A stretch of 64,000 nt of DNA from Planctomycetota bacterium (GTDB lineage: Bacteria > Planctomycetota > PLA2 > JAEUHO01). The stretch lies in assembly GCA_965222115.1 (NCBI GenBank), contig CBDCTJ010000007.1, forward strand, positions 2,144,001 through 2,208,000, read 5' to 3'. A program made the translations under genes and the position numbers. The notes under the pieces are model-generated. The model was not told where the DNA came from and made no database searches. It was given only the letters and a program-made list of their open reading frames with translations. Of this stretch, positions 12,159 through 21,204 are shown in pieces. Position 1 is the first letter of the stretch; each line of letters starts with the position of its first letter.

Positions 12159-13304
12159 ATGGAATTGCTGCTTGAGACCGCCGGCGAGAGTCATGGTGCC
12201 ATCCTGACGGGCATTCTGTCTGGGATTCCCGCAGGCTCGCCCTGCACGGCCGACTACGTGAATGCGCGTTTGGCCCATCGTCAGAAGGGGCACGGCAGTA
12301 GCGCCCGACAGAAAACCGAACAAGATACCGTCACGTGGCTGAGTGGTGTAAGAGACGGACGCGCTACTGGCAATCCCATCGCCATGCAGGTTACCAATCG
12401 CGATACGCGCTACGCCGACTTGCCGCCTGTGCACACACCGCGGCCGGGTCACGCGGACCTCGCCGGGGCGCTCAACCGTGGTGTCACCGATGTGCGCGAC
12501 ATCATAGAGCGTGCAAGCGCACGCGAAACTGCGATTCGTGTCGCGGGTGGCGCTGTAGCCCAACAGTTTTTAGAAGCGTTGGGCGTGCATGTGCTCGGTC
12601 ATACGGTGTCCATTGGCTCGTGCGAACTTTGGGCGGACCCGCTTCCCAACATCGAGAGAGCGCGCGCGAGGCGAGACGCATCTTCGCACCACGCGCTCGC
12701 CGATGAAAACGCACAGCAGCACGCAATCGACACGATTGACGCCGCGCACAAACGAGGTGACACGCTTGGCGGCGTTGTGGAAGTTGTTGCGACCGGTATT
12801 CCAACCGGACTTGGTGGTCATGAGCGACCCGCAGCGAAACTCACGTCAGGTCTTGCAGGCGCGCTTTGTGCCATACAAGCCGTGCGCGGCATTGAATTTG
12901 GCCTTGGCTTTCGAGGTGCATCTATCCCCGGTTCCGAGTTTCACGATCCGATTCATCCTGCAGAGAGCGACGGCGTACCTACACGTCCTTCCAATCGCGT
13001 GGGTGGTATTGAAGGTGGCATGAGCAACGGCCAACCCATTGTGCTGCGCATCGCCATGAAGCCACTTGCTACGCTCCGAAGTGCGCTACCAAGTGTGGAT
13101 TTGCGCACTGGCGAAAAGGCCCCCGCGCGCATCGAGCGCAGTGACGTGTGTGCAGTCTCACGACTGGCGATTGTTGCCGAGGCCGTTACCGCACTAGAGA
13201 TCGCACGACACGTGAGGCGACGATTCGGTGGCGCCACACTCGAAGATGTGCAAGCGGCCATCGCGCATCATCGCGAGCGCAACCGCCATACATTCGGAAG
13301 CTAA
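12159..13304 (+). CDS. aroC: Chorismate synthase
   Basis: TAGESHG, PRPGHAD, ERASARET, GDTLGG, GGIEGGMSNG, ERSD motifs; real start MELLLETAGESHG. Confidence 0.96.
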   Translation: MELLLETAGESHGAILTGILSGIPAGSPCTADYVNARLAHRQKGHGSSARQKTEQDTVTWLSGVRDGRATGNPIAMQVTNRDTRYADLPPVHTPRPGHADLAGALNRGVTDVRDIIERASARETAIRVAGGAVAQQFLEALGVHVLGHTVSIGSCELWADPLPNIERARARRDASSHHALADENAQQHAIDTIDAAHKRGDTLGGVVEVVATGIPTGLGGHERPAAKLTSGLAGALCAIQAVRGIEFGLGFRGASIPGSEFHDPIHPAESDGVPTRPSNRVGGIEGGMSNGQPIVLRIAMKPLATLRSALPSVDLRTGEKAPARIERSDVCAVSRLAIVAEAVTALEIARHVRRRFGGATLEDVQAAIAHHRERNRHTFGS

Positions 13305-13341
13305 TTCTGATTCGGTCGCACGTGGATATGCCGGTGGGAAA

Positions 13342-13413
13342 AGCCGGTGGTCAGGATTGAACTGACGACCTGCGGTTTACAAAACCGCTGCTCTACCACT
13401 GAGCTACACCGGC
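13342..13413 (-). tRNA. tRNA-Thr(TGT), no encoded CCA
   Basis: Reverse complement GCCGGTGTAGCTCAGTGGTAGAGC-A-GCGGT-TT-TGT-AA-ACCGC-AGGTC-GTCAG-TTCAATC-CTGAC-CACCGGC-T. Confidence 0.96.
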
Positions 13414-13550
13414 GTGACGTCGGCGGACGGTACGAAGCCCGAGCCGGAGGGTCAAGATTCTACCTATGGCCCTTGCACGAAACACGAGCCCACGTACCCT
13501 CGAGAGTTGGAGATCTTAGATGGACGATGAGTTTCACGAGGAGCTTGGCG

Positions 13551-14300
13551 ATGGTCCATAAAGGTACAATTTTGGTTGCCGTCGTTGCAGGTGCGTTCGG
13601 TGGAATAACAGCAACACTCGTGATGAACTCATTCGACAAGAGCGAAAAACCAACTGATACCGTGTCGGAATCGTCGAAGGCTGGCGATGCCGCCGACTCC
13701 CAACGTACGCAGCAATCCAAGAAGCGAGGCAACTGGGCTCCTCGCGTCAACGAACCTGCCGCCGTAGCAACAATTCGAAACGCGGTAATGGCACAAGCCC
13801 AAGTGCAACAGAGCGCGAAGATTGACGTCGATATGGATGGGGTTGGGGAGCACGGTGGGCATAAGGAGCTTAGTGGCGCTCTGAAGGGTCGCATGAATGA
13901 GAAACTGTTTCCCCCCGTGCTGTCTGGTGCATTTCAGCATCTGCGAGATCCCGGAGTTGTGCTTCGCAGCGGCTATTGCTACCGCATATTCCTGCCCGGA
14001 GAGGATGGAGCACCCGTGGGCGAGCCCACAAATGGCTACTTGGGCAATAGCGCGATCGACGCTGACCTTGCCGAGAAAAACTTCGTCGTGTACGCGTGGC
14101 CCGTGGAGTACGGCAAGACGGGCAACCGGACGTTTGTCGTTAACCAACTTGGTGACGTCCTCGCCACCGAGTCCAAGACCTATTCGGGGGCGGATGCCGG
14201 CCCGGCAGGTGACGCCGCATATGTTGGATCAAGCCTCACCGCACCGCTCGCGAATGGCGTCAAGGCCAATGACGGGAATGTGTGGAAAATCGTTCCCTAG
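13551..14300 (+). CDS. Membrane-anchored pilin-head-like / DUF2950-like protein
   Basis: AGGAG SD; N-terminal TM; NEPAAVATIRNAVMAQ helix, GYCYRIFLP, YAWPVEYGKTGNRTFVVNQ; paralog of the C-terminal half of the next gene. Confidence 0.8.
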   Translation: MVHKGTILVAVVAGAFGGITATLVMNSFDKSEKPTDTVSESSKAGDAADSQRTQQSKKRGNWAPRVNEPAAVATIRNAVMAQAQVQQSAKIDVDMDGVGEHGGHKELSGALKGRMNEKLFPPVLSGAFQHLRDPGVVLRSGYCYRIFLPGEDGAPVGEPTNGYLGNSAIDADLAEKNFVVYAWPVEYGKTGNRTFVVNQLGDVLATESKTYSGADAGPAGDAAYVGSSLTAPLANGVKANDGNVWKIVP

Positions 14301-14348
14301 TTCAGAAAATCTGAATCAACTTAGCCACTCACGGCGTGTAACCCTTTG

Positions 14349-15875
14349 ATGACGACGCCTGAGCTCTCGACCGACGATCTGCTCCGAGACCGGGCATGGA
14401 TTGTCAATATCGCGCGCGTTCTTGTGCGGGGTAAGGACACGGGTGAGGACGTGGCTCAAGATGTGTGGGTTGCGGCTCTGCGCCATCCGCCCAAGCGGCG
14501 CGAGCATGTCCGCGCCTGGTTCAATCGTGTTGCGCGCAATCGTGCGCGTGACCTCCATCGTTCTTCCGTTCGACGTGTCCGACGTGAAGCAGTCGCTGCT
14601 CGTCCTGCGTGGAGCGACGAGCACACGGCCGATGCCCTCGTCGAACGGGTGCGGCTTCAAGGCATCGTGGCCAGAGCCGTGGCCGAGCTGCAAGACCCGT
14701 ATCGGCACACCATTTTGCTCCGCTACTTCAAGGATCAATCCGTAGCTGATATCGCGGAACTTGAGGATATCTCCCAAGCCACGGTGCGTACGCGCCTTCG
14801 CCGCGGGCACGCGTCCTTGAGGCGACGTCTCTCACAACTAACTGGCGAATGTGAATCGGATTGGCGGCAGTCGCTTGTTCCGCTTGCCGTGACGACGCGT
14901 GCTGACGCGCTACACACATCAACTTCGGGCACGGGTTCCCTCGTTGCCCTTGGAGGAACTACCATGGCAGCGCATCTGAAGTCGGGCTGGCTCATCGCGG
15001 GAGCTCTCGTGGCGGGGCTCATCGGTGGCATGCTTGGCGTCTTGGTGGCGGGTCCTTTGCAAGGCGAAAACGACGGAAACCGTGCACAGCCCATGTTGGA
15101 AGCGAATCGCGACGAAACCGCTCGCTCGGCAGCCACTGAGAATCCTACATTGACGGCGGCATCACCCGAAGGCGACGATCGCCGGCTGCGCGACGACATC
15201 GATCAAATCATGGCTCAGCTTGCGGCATTGGAGGTTGCGTACGAGAAGGATCGTCTATCTCAGGAAACGATCGATCGAGCCTACAAATTGTCTCTTCGTG
15301 TGCTGCAGGAACGCGCTCGCGCCAATGAGACCGCGGCGGTTGCGACTTCGCGAAACGCGGTTTCTGCACAGGCACAGTTTCAGCACTCGGCAAAGGTCGA
15401 TACGGATGGCGATGGCACCGGCGAGTATGGTGGTTTCATGGAGCTCTCCGGTGCAACCAACGGTCGTATGCGTGCGGCGCTCGTACCGCCCGTGTTATCG
15501 CGTACATTTCGCGGCCTTTCGGAGAATGGGGAGGTCCTTCGAAACGGCTACTACTACCGTGTTTATCTTCCGGACGCCAATGGACAAGGGATCGGAGAGC
15601 CACAAGAGGGCTTTACCGACCAAAGCGGCATCGATGCTGATCTGTCCGAGACGACGTGGTGTATGTACGCATGGCCGGAAGAGTACGGCGTAACCGGGAC
15701 AAAGACGTTTATGGTCAACCAAGGAGGCGACACATTCGCCACCGACGATCGTCGCTACTCAGGCAGTGGGAATGGACCCAAACCGAACGCGGCGTTCACA
15801 ACCGACGGCATCGTGGGCTCACCCAAACACGATAAGCGCGGCAACGATGGCAATGTGTGGAAGCAGCGAGGATAA
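14349..15875 (+). CDS. ECF sigma factor fused via TM segment to a pilin-like/DUF2950-like domain
   Basis: Region 2 (EDVAQDVWVAAL...AWFNRVARNRARD), region 4 (LRYFKDQSVADIAE...ATVRTRLRRG), TM segment, then NETAAVATSRNAVSAQAQFQ...YAWPEEYGVTGTKTFMVNQ. Confidence 0.9.
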   Translation: MTTPELSTDDLLRDRAWIVNIARVLVRGKDTGEDVAQDVWVAALRHPPKRREHVRAWFNRVARNRARDLHRSSVRRVRREAVAARPAWSDEHTADALVERVRLQGIVARAVAELQDPYRHTILLRYFKDQSVADIAELEDISQATVRTRLRRGHASLRRRLSQLTGECESDWRQSLVPLAVTTRADALHTSTSGTGSLVALGGTTMAAHLKSGWLIAGALVAGLIGGMLGVLVAGPLQGENDGNRAQPMLEANRDETARSAATENPTLTAASPEGDDRRLRDDIDQIMAQLAALEVAYEKDRLSQETIDRAYKLSLRVLQERARANETAAVATSRNAVSAQAQFQHSAKVDTDGDGTGEYGGFMELSGATNGRMRAALVPPVLSRTFRGLSENGEVLRNGYYYRVYLPDANGQGIGEPQEGFTDQSGIDADLSETTWCMYAWPEEYGVTGTKTFMVNQGGDTFATDDRRYSGSGNGPKPNAAFTTDGIVGSPKHDKRGNDGNVWKQRG

Positions 15876-15914
15876 GAAGGTCAGGATCGAGTACACCAGG
15901 TAACGGCGAGGCGC

Positions 15915-17534
15915 TTATCGCGTCGTGCTTTGAGGCGCTACGGGCACCGTTCGTTCTTCTAGGCGCTTCTCGAATTGTTTAATGAAGGCTCGCTGCCACA
16001 TGGGCCGACCGCCTGTCTTCGCTCTTAGCGATTCGAAGAATGCCCAGGCTGGCTTGTCACCACAGCCTGACAAGAGTTCTGCGACCAAGAGAACCTGCTT
16101 CCAGTCCTTGACGACGTTGAGTTTCTTACCCATCTCGATGAGCGCAGCTTCGCAAGCCGCACGATCTTCCTTGGATAGCGTTGGAAACACCCGTCGATTC
16201 AACTCATCGTTGTAGCGCGGCTTGTAGTTCTCGTTCGGAAGCCCCGCGCCACTCGCTACCGTTTCGTCGATTTGCGACAGGAGCAACTTGACGCGCTCCT
16301 TCGGCTTGGCTTCCAGGCGCTGTAGCGCCAACAATCGCTTTGCGCCCGGGAGCCAAAACCCGAGGCGCTTCTCGGAGAACGCGTAGGACCGATCGATTTT
16401 CTGATAGGGACGCGTGGATTCCACGAGTTCGACTATTGCCTTGTAGTTGCCGGAATCGGCCAGCGTTTTGAGGGTCTCCTTCGCCCCCTTCATCTTCTCA
16501 GCGGCTTCGGCCACGCGCGCCTTCCAGGCCTCGACATCGGGCCCGCCGAGCGCGGAAACCAATTTGAAACTGTTCTTGAGTTGGTGCTTGTACTTGAGCG
16601 CGTGCCACGCCTTGATGGCGCGGGGCGCGAGTTCAAGTCGCAGCGACTCGGGCCACGACGCGATCAAGTTCAAGAAACGCTGATTGCCCTTGCGCCGCAA
16701 TTCGCGAAACGGTTTCGTTGGATTGCGCATCAGACCGGCGATCGCATTCTTCTTCTCGGCTTCGCCCCATGTTGCTGGGTCTTTCATGAGCATCACCATG
16801 CGCGCCGCGTGATCGCGCATGTGTTTGAGATCATCGGGATCTACGCCGGCATCGGGGCAGTCTTTGATCGCATGTTCGAGCAACTGCAGCCCTTTGGTGT
16901 AGGCCGCCGCTGCCAACGTCTTGTCAATTTCGCCCCGGAGACGCTTTAGATCTGCGCGTGCAGCCATGAGGGCATTGCGATTGCGCACCCACACGACTTC
17001 CTTCACGTCCAACGTATAGATGCGTTCGTGATACCCCATCACACCACCGTGTGCATCGCCATGCACCTCGCCGTGGGGAAGTCCGTTTCCGTACCACTTG
17101 AGATGAGATGAACCAAAGGAGCCCACCAGTGTGCACGTACCTCGCACACGCACGAAACATCGCGAACCCGGCTTCGCCAGTGCCTTCCTTACTCTCTCGT
17201 TGCCAATACCCGTGACGAACCAATGCTCCACCGCCATATGATGCTGGAGCAACGGCATGAATCCTATGCGTCCATCCTCAAGTTTCGTTATGGCTCCCGA
17301 GAGATCCACCGGCTCTGGGGGCGACGTGTAGACGTTCTTCGTTCCCAAGATCTTTTTGGCGTGCGCGACGGCCTCGTCTGGCGTCTTGTATGGCGTGGGT
17401 TTTAGTGGATTGCCGTCTTCTGCGTGTGCAGCCGGTGTGGCGTGCATGAACAGGCTTACCGCTGCGACTGCAATGCTTACTCGGAACCACCTGGATGCGT
17501 TCAATCTGGATTCACACCAGGACACTGCGTTCAT
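15915..17534 (-). CDS. Secreted hypothetical protein, paralog 1
   Basis: Signal peptide ending AHA-ED; collinear similarity to 17847-19430 along its length. Confidence 0.82.
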   Translation of the reverse strand: MNAVSWCESRLNASRWFRVSIAVAAVSLFMHATPAAHAEDGNPLKPTPYKTPDEAVAHAKKILGTKNVYTSPPEPVDLSGAITKLEDGRIGFMPLLQHHMAVEHWFVTGIGNERVRKALAKPGSRCFVRVRGTCTLVGSFGSSHLKWYGNGLPHGEVHGDAHGGVMGYHERIYTLDVKEVVWVRNRNALMAARADLKRLRGEIDKTLAAAAYTKGLQLLEHAIKDCPDAGVDPDDLKHMRDHAARMVMLMKDPATWGEAEKKNAIAGLMRNPTKPFRELRRKGNQRFLNLIASWPESLRLELAPRAIKAWHALKYKHQLKNSFKLVSALGGPDVEAWKARVAEAAEKMKGAKETLKTLADSGNYKAIVELVESTRPYQKIDRSYAFSEKRLGFWLPGAKRLLALQRLEAKPKERVKLLLSQIDETVASGAGLPNENYKPRYNDELNRRVFPTLSKEDRAACEAALIEMGKKLNVVKDWKQVLLVAELLSGCGDKPAWAFFESLRAKTGGRPMWQRAFIKQFEKRLEERTVPVAPQSTTR

Positions 17535-17693
17535 CCGTAGCCGAATGTGTATCACGAAGCCTCCTGTGGCGTCTGAGCTTGGTTGTCTCATAAACCTGTC
17601 ATGGGTACGTCGATCAGCAAGGCGCGTACGGTGATCTGTAGGAGCGATGGCCTCGCTGCAAGTCTTAGATCTTGCGACCGCAAGAATCTTACT

Positions 17694-17732
17694 CCCTCTC
17701 TCCCTCTAGGAGAGGGGGTTGGGGGTGAGGGT
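17694..17732. repeat. REP-like palindrome (CCCTCACCCCC...CCCTCTCC...GGAGAGGG type)
   Basis: CCCTCTCTCCCTCTAGGAGAGGGGGTTGGGGGTGAGGG between the two paralogs; resembles a widespread extragenic palindrome type. Confidence 0.6.
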
Positions 17733-17846
17733 TCAGGCAAGCCACCGACTTCAAGTCGACCGCCACCTTCGCAATTGGCGCGTCCGGCGAACACGCTAGC
17801 GCCCCTCGCACTCACTGCCTCCGCGTGAGGTCAAATGTCGGACTAC

Positions 17847-19430
17847 TTACTTACCCCCCGCCCTCGCTACCAGCCGCTCCCGCAACGTCTTCGCAAACGC
17901 ACGACACTGCTTGGCACGATTCTTCCACCGAATCTTGGCTGCAAATGCATCAATGGCCGTTGCCGCATCTTCATTGCCGACGGAGGCCAGCAGTTCACAT
18001 GCGACGAGGCCCGACTTCCATTGCTTGTTCGCGTCAAAGCCCTCAAGTAGTTGAACTAGATCCTTTGAAATCGTGGAACGCTCCGCGCCAGTAAGATGTG
18101 GAACGACATGCATGATGAACTGTTCACTATAACGCGGCTTGGTTACCTGGTGCGGGAGAATCATCGGCTTGTCGATTTCCAATGCCAGTTGCTTGCGAAT
18201 CATCGGTAGGCGTTTAGCGGGATCTTTCATGACGCCGCGTAGCGCGGTCAAGCGGGCGACACTCCCTTTCCACTTTTCAATCGTGTCGGGCCTCAACATA
18301 TAAGACTTGTTGATGCGCTGATAGGGCTGGACGTCAGCGAGTACCTTGTCGATGGCCTCATACCTTTGTTCAGCAGCCAGCGAAACGATTGTCTTGAGCG
18401 CTTCATCGACTTTGATGGCTGCCTCGGCTACTGCCGCCCTCCACGCGTCCACATCAGGCCCGCCCAACGCTTCCACGAGTGGCGTTGTCAACTTGTGTTG
18501 ATGTCTGTGTTTGAGCGCGTACCACGACTTGATGGCGTCGGGCGCGAGGTCGTGACGAATGGCCTCGGGCCAGTTCCCCACGAGCTCGAGAAAGCGTGGG
18601 ACCGCATTGCGATGGTCTTCGCGGAAAGCACTCACGGGGTCGCGCATCAGCATTTGAATTGCCATAGCACGATCTTCTTGGGTCCACGTTTTGGGATCTT
18701 TCGTCACCGCGATCATGCGGCGCAAGTAATCCCTTTGAGACGCGATGCCGCGTGTGTGAACGCCGGCGTCCTTCGCACCGCGTAGGGCCGAATCAACAAG
18801 CGTTAGCGCCTCCGCGTATCTGCCTTGCTTGGCAGCGGCTTTGGCACGGGCATCGTCTCGCTTGGCCTTGGCTTGCGCCTCTCTTATCTCCGCAAGGCTC
18901 TTGATCCACACCACGTCGTCAACTGCGAGCCGATAGACCCGCTCGTGATAGCCGCGCACGTGCATATCGCCCTTCACGTAGGTACCGCCGTGCGCGAGTC
19001 CATTGCCGTACCAGTCGAGCGCACCGCGCCCGTAGGCGCCAAGCAACGTCGCATTGCCACGCACGCGCACAAAGCAGCGACCGTTCTGTTTGTCCAGCGC
19101 TTCGGCGATCTTGCCGTCGCTCAGTCCGTCCACAAACCAGTGTTCGACCGCCATGTGGTGTTGGAGCATTGGCATAAATCCAATGCGACCGTCCTTTGAA
19201 CGCGACACGGCGCCCACGAGGTCCACATCCTTTGCAGGCTGTGCTTTGAGCGCCTCGTTCTGCAGTAGCTTCTTGGCATGAGCGAGTGCCTCTTCCGGCG
19301 TCTTGAAGGGCGTGGGATCCAGAGGGTTGTCTTCGGCATGTGCCATCGGACTGGCGCTTGCGAGCAATGCCACGCTCAGGACGCAGGCAAGCAACATCCG
19401 CCGTCCGATGGGCGCGTCGCATTCAGTCAT
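17847..19430 (-). CDS. Secreted hypothetical protein, paralog 2
   Basis: GGAG SD; signal peptide ending AHA-ED; shares RIGFMPxLQHHMAVEHWFV and WYGNGLxHG with paralog 1. Confidence 0.85.
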   Translation of the reverse strand: MTECDAPIGRRMLLACVLSVALLASASPMAHAEDNPLDPTPFKTPEEALAHAKKLLQNEALKAQPAKDVDLVGAVSRSKDGRIGFMPMLQHHMAVEHWFVDGLSDGKIAEALDKQNGRCFVRVRGNATLLGAYGRGALDWYGNGLAHGGTYVKGDMHVRGYHERVYRLAVDDVVWIKSLAEIREAQAKAKRDDARAKAAAKQGRYAEALTLVDSALRGAKDAGVHTRGIASQRDYLRRMIAVTKDPKTWTQEDRAMAIQMLMRDPVSAFREDHRNAVPRFLELVGNWPEAIRHDLAPDAIKSWYALKHRHQHKLTTPLVEALGGPDVDAWRAAVAEAAIKVDEALKTIVSLAAEQRYEAIDKVLADVQPYQRINKSYMLRPDTIEKWKGSVARLTALRGVMKDPAKRLPMIRKQLALEIDKPMILPHQVTKPRYSEQFIMHVVPHLTGAERSTISKDLVQLLEGFDANKQWKSGLVACELLASVGNEDAATAIDAFAAKIRWKNRAKQCRAFAKTLRERLVARAGGK

Positions 19431-19455
19431 GGTTTCTCCACGGGTCACTGAGTTC

Positions 19456-21057
19456 CTACTTGCTTTGTGTAGTCGCATGCGACGTACGGCCAAACCGACG
19501 AATACTCCGCTCGCGCCAGAGTCGCGCAACCCGCTGTCGAAGCACCTCAATCGGATTGTGTATATCCGTCAATCGGGCAGCAGTCGTAAAGTCGATTGAC
19601 TCCAGATTGATGGGTGTTGGCCACTCAATGTCCATTTCGCTTGCCCGGTCGCGACTCGATTCGTCTTCAATCGGGCCGTTACTCGCAAATAGCGTCATGG
19701 GAGCGATCGTGGCGCCTCGATCCGGTGCGAAGAGTTGGACATGGGCGAACGATGCCATTGCCGCTGCCAAAATGGCTCGGACGGCGTCGTCGTGGGGCTG
19801 CCCGATTAAGTTGACTGCGAGCAGTCCCTCGGACGTTAGTCGCATCGCCATTCGATGAAAGGCCTGTTCGCTGAACAGATGTGCGGGCAGCAGCTCACCC
19901 CGGTACACATCCAAAACGATGAGCGAGTAGGTGTCGGATGTTCGATTTAAAAATCGCCGACCGTCTTCGATGGTTACAGGAAGGCTCAAGTCAAAGTGTT
20001 TGCGCGCCAGGCTTACAACGTGAGGGTCGATCTCCACGGCCTGCACCTGCCAATCCGCGTCAATGAGCGCGTTTGGAAAGGCGCCGCCACCCAATCCGAT
20101 TACCAAAGCGCGTCCTGGTTCGGGGCGCATCCAGCGCGCGAGTTCAAGTGCATTGCCGGATGCGAGCAAGGCGCCGGGTGGAGGAGGACCGAGTGAAATC
20201 AACGGCGCCGATGTTTGCAGCACACCATCCACGAGCAAGTAGCGCGAGACGTCATCTTCGAGCACTTCGTGACGCCCATAGAAACTGTCCACGCGTTCAA
20301 TGCGTTGCAGTCCGAATGCACCTGACGACGCGTCGCTTGCGTCCGTTGCATCGAGCGTATGGTGGCAACAGAACCAGGTAACACCCGCGAGGCACATGAG
20401 CACAAGCATGACGACACGCATTCGTGTGCGTGTGATGCTGGACGCAATCAGGGCGGTGGCGCCAATCCCCACGACAAGCGACAGCGTGGCTCCGATCAAC
20501 CCCTGTTGCGGAATGAGGTAGAGACCCGCGGCGAGTGCTCCACCCGCACTACCAATCGTTCCCACGGCGTAGGTGGCGCCCGCGGCGCGACCGGATGCAA
20601 TGCCCGTGTCGCTATATGCCTGGACTAGTCGTGGCGACATCATGCCCCACGCAATGAGTGACGGCGCGAGCAGCGCCGACGCAACGAGGCCGAGTGAGGG
20701 TGGATCTGCCGCGTCTGCATTTGCAACGTAGGCCATCGCGGCCGCCATGAACGCGCCGCCAACGGCAAGGCACGTCATGGCAATCATGAGCGAGTGTCTT
20801 GGCTCACGACGACGCGAACTCGGGCGGCCGAGCCAAGCACCGAGCGCGAGTGATGCCAACGAGATGGCCAATACCACAGCCCAGACTTGCAGACCGCTTC
20901 CATAGAGCGGCGCCAGCCAACCTGCCGCCATGATTTCTTGCATGAGTACGGCGGCACCACCAACCGCCGCAAGGAGCAGCGCTGCCACGCGCACAGATCG
21001 GGATCCTGACCCCTGCGGGGCGTTTGCATCGTGCCGGCTCATGGGGCCATTGGACAC
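19456..21057 (-). CDS. Fused membrane domain / spermidine-synthase-like methyltransferase
   Basis: Multiple N-terminal TMs (AGATYAVGTIGS), then ALVIGLGGG, VEIDP, EDGRRFL, IVLDVY SAM-fold motifs. Confidence 0.9.
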   Translation of the reverse strand: MSNGPMSRHDANAPQGSGSRSVRVAALLLAAVGGAAVLMQEIMAAGWLAPLYGSGLQVWAVVLAISLASLALGAWLGRPSSRRREPRHSLMIAMTCLAVGGAFMAAAMAYVANADAADPPSLGLVASALLAPSLIAWGMMSPRLVQAYSDTGIASGRAAGATYAVGTIGSAGGALAAGLYLIPQQGLIGATLSLVVGIGATALIASSITRTRMRVVMLVLMCLAGVTWFCCHHTLDATDASDASSGAFGLQRIERVDSFYGRHEVLEDDVSRYLLVDGVLQTSAPLISLGPPPPGALLASGNALELARWMRPEPGRALVIGLGGGAFPNALIDADWQVQAVEIDPHVVSLARKHFDLSLPVTIEDGRRFLNRTSDTYSLIVLDVYRGELLPAHLFSEQAFHRMAMRLTSEGLLAVNLIGQPHDDAVRAILAAAMASFAHVQLFAPDRGATIAPMTLFASNGPIEDESSRDRASEMDIEWPTPINLESIDFTTAARLTDIHNPIEVLRQRVARLWRERSIRRFGRTSHATTQSK

Positions 21058-21204
21058 GCCTCAACTCGCTGAGTTCACAATTGCGTGCCTAACGCGAAGG
21101 GCGGCGAACAAGGGACTTTCGACGAGGTCGAAGCGCGTAACGCTGTACCCAGTCCGCATACGCTATAGGAGCGCCCGAGACCTGGGGCGAAGTCGGAGTC
21201 CTCT

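Noticed and set aside
13330-13350. 8-bp duplication GCCGGTGG at the tRNA-Thr 3' end as a possible att site
   Set aside because: Too short, and there is no integrase or island next to it.
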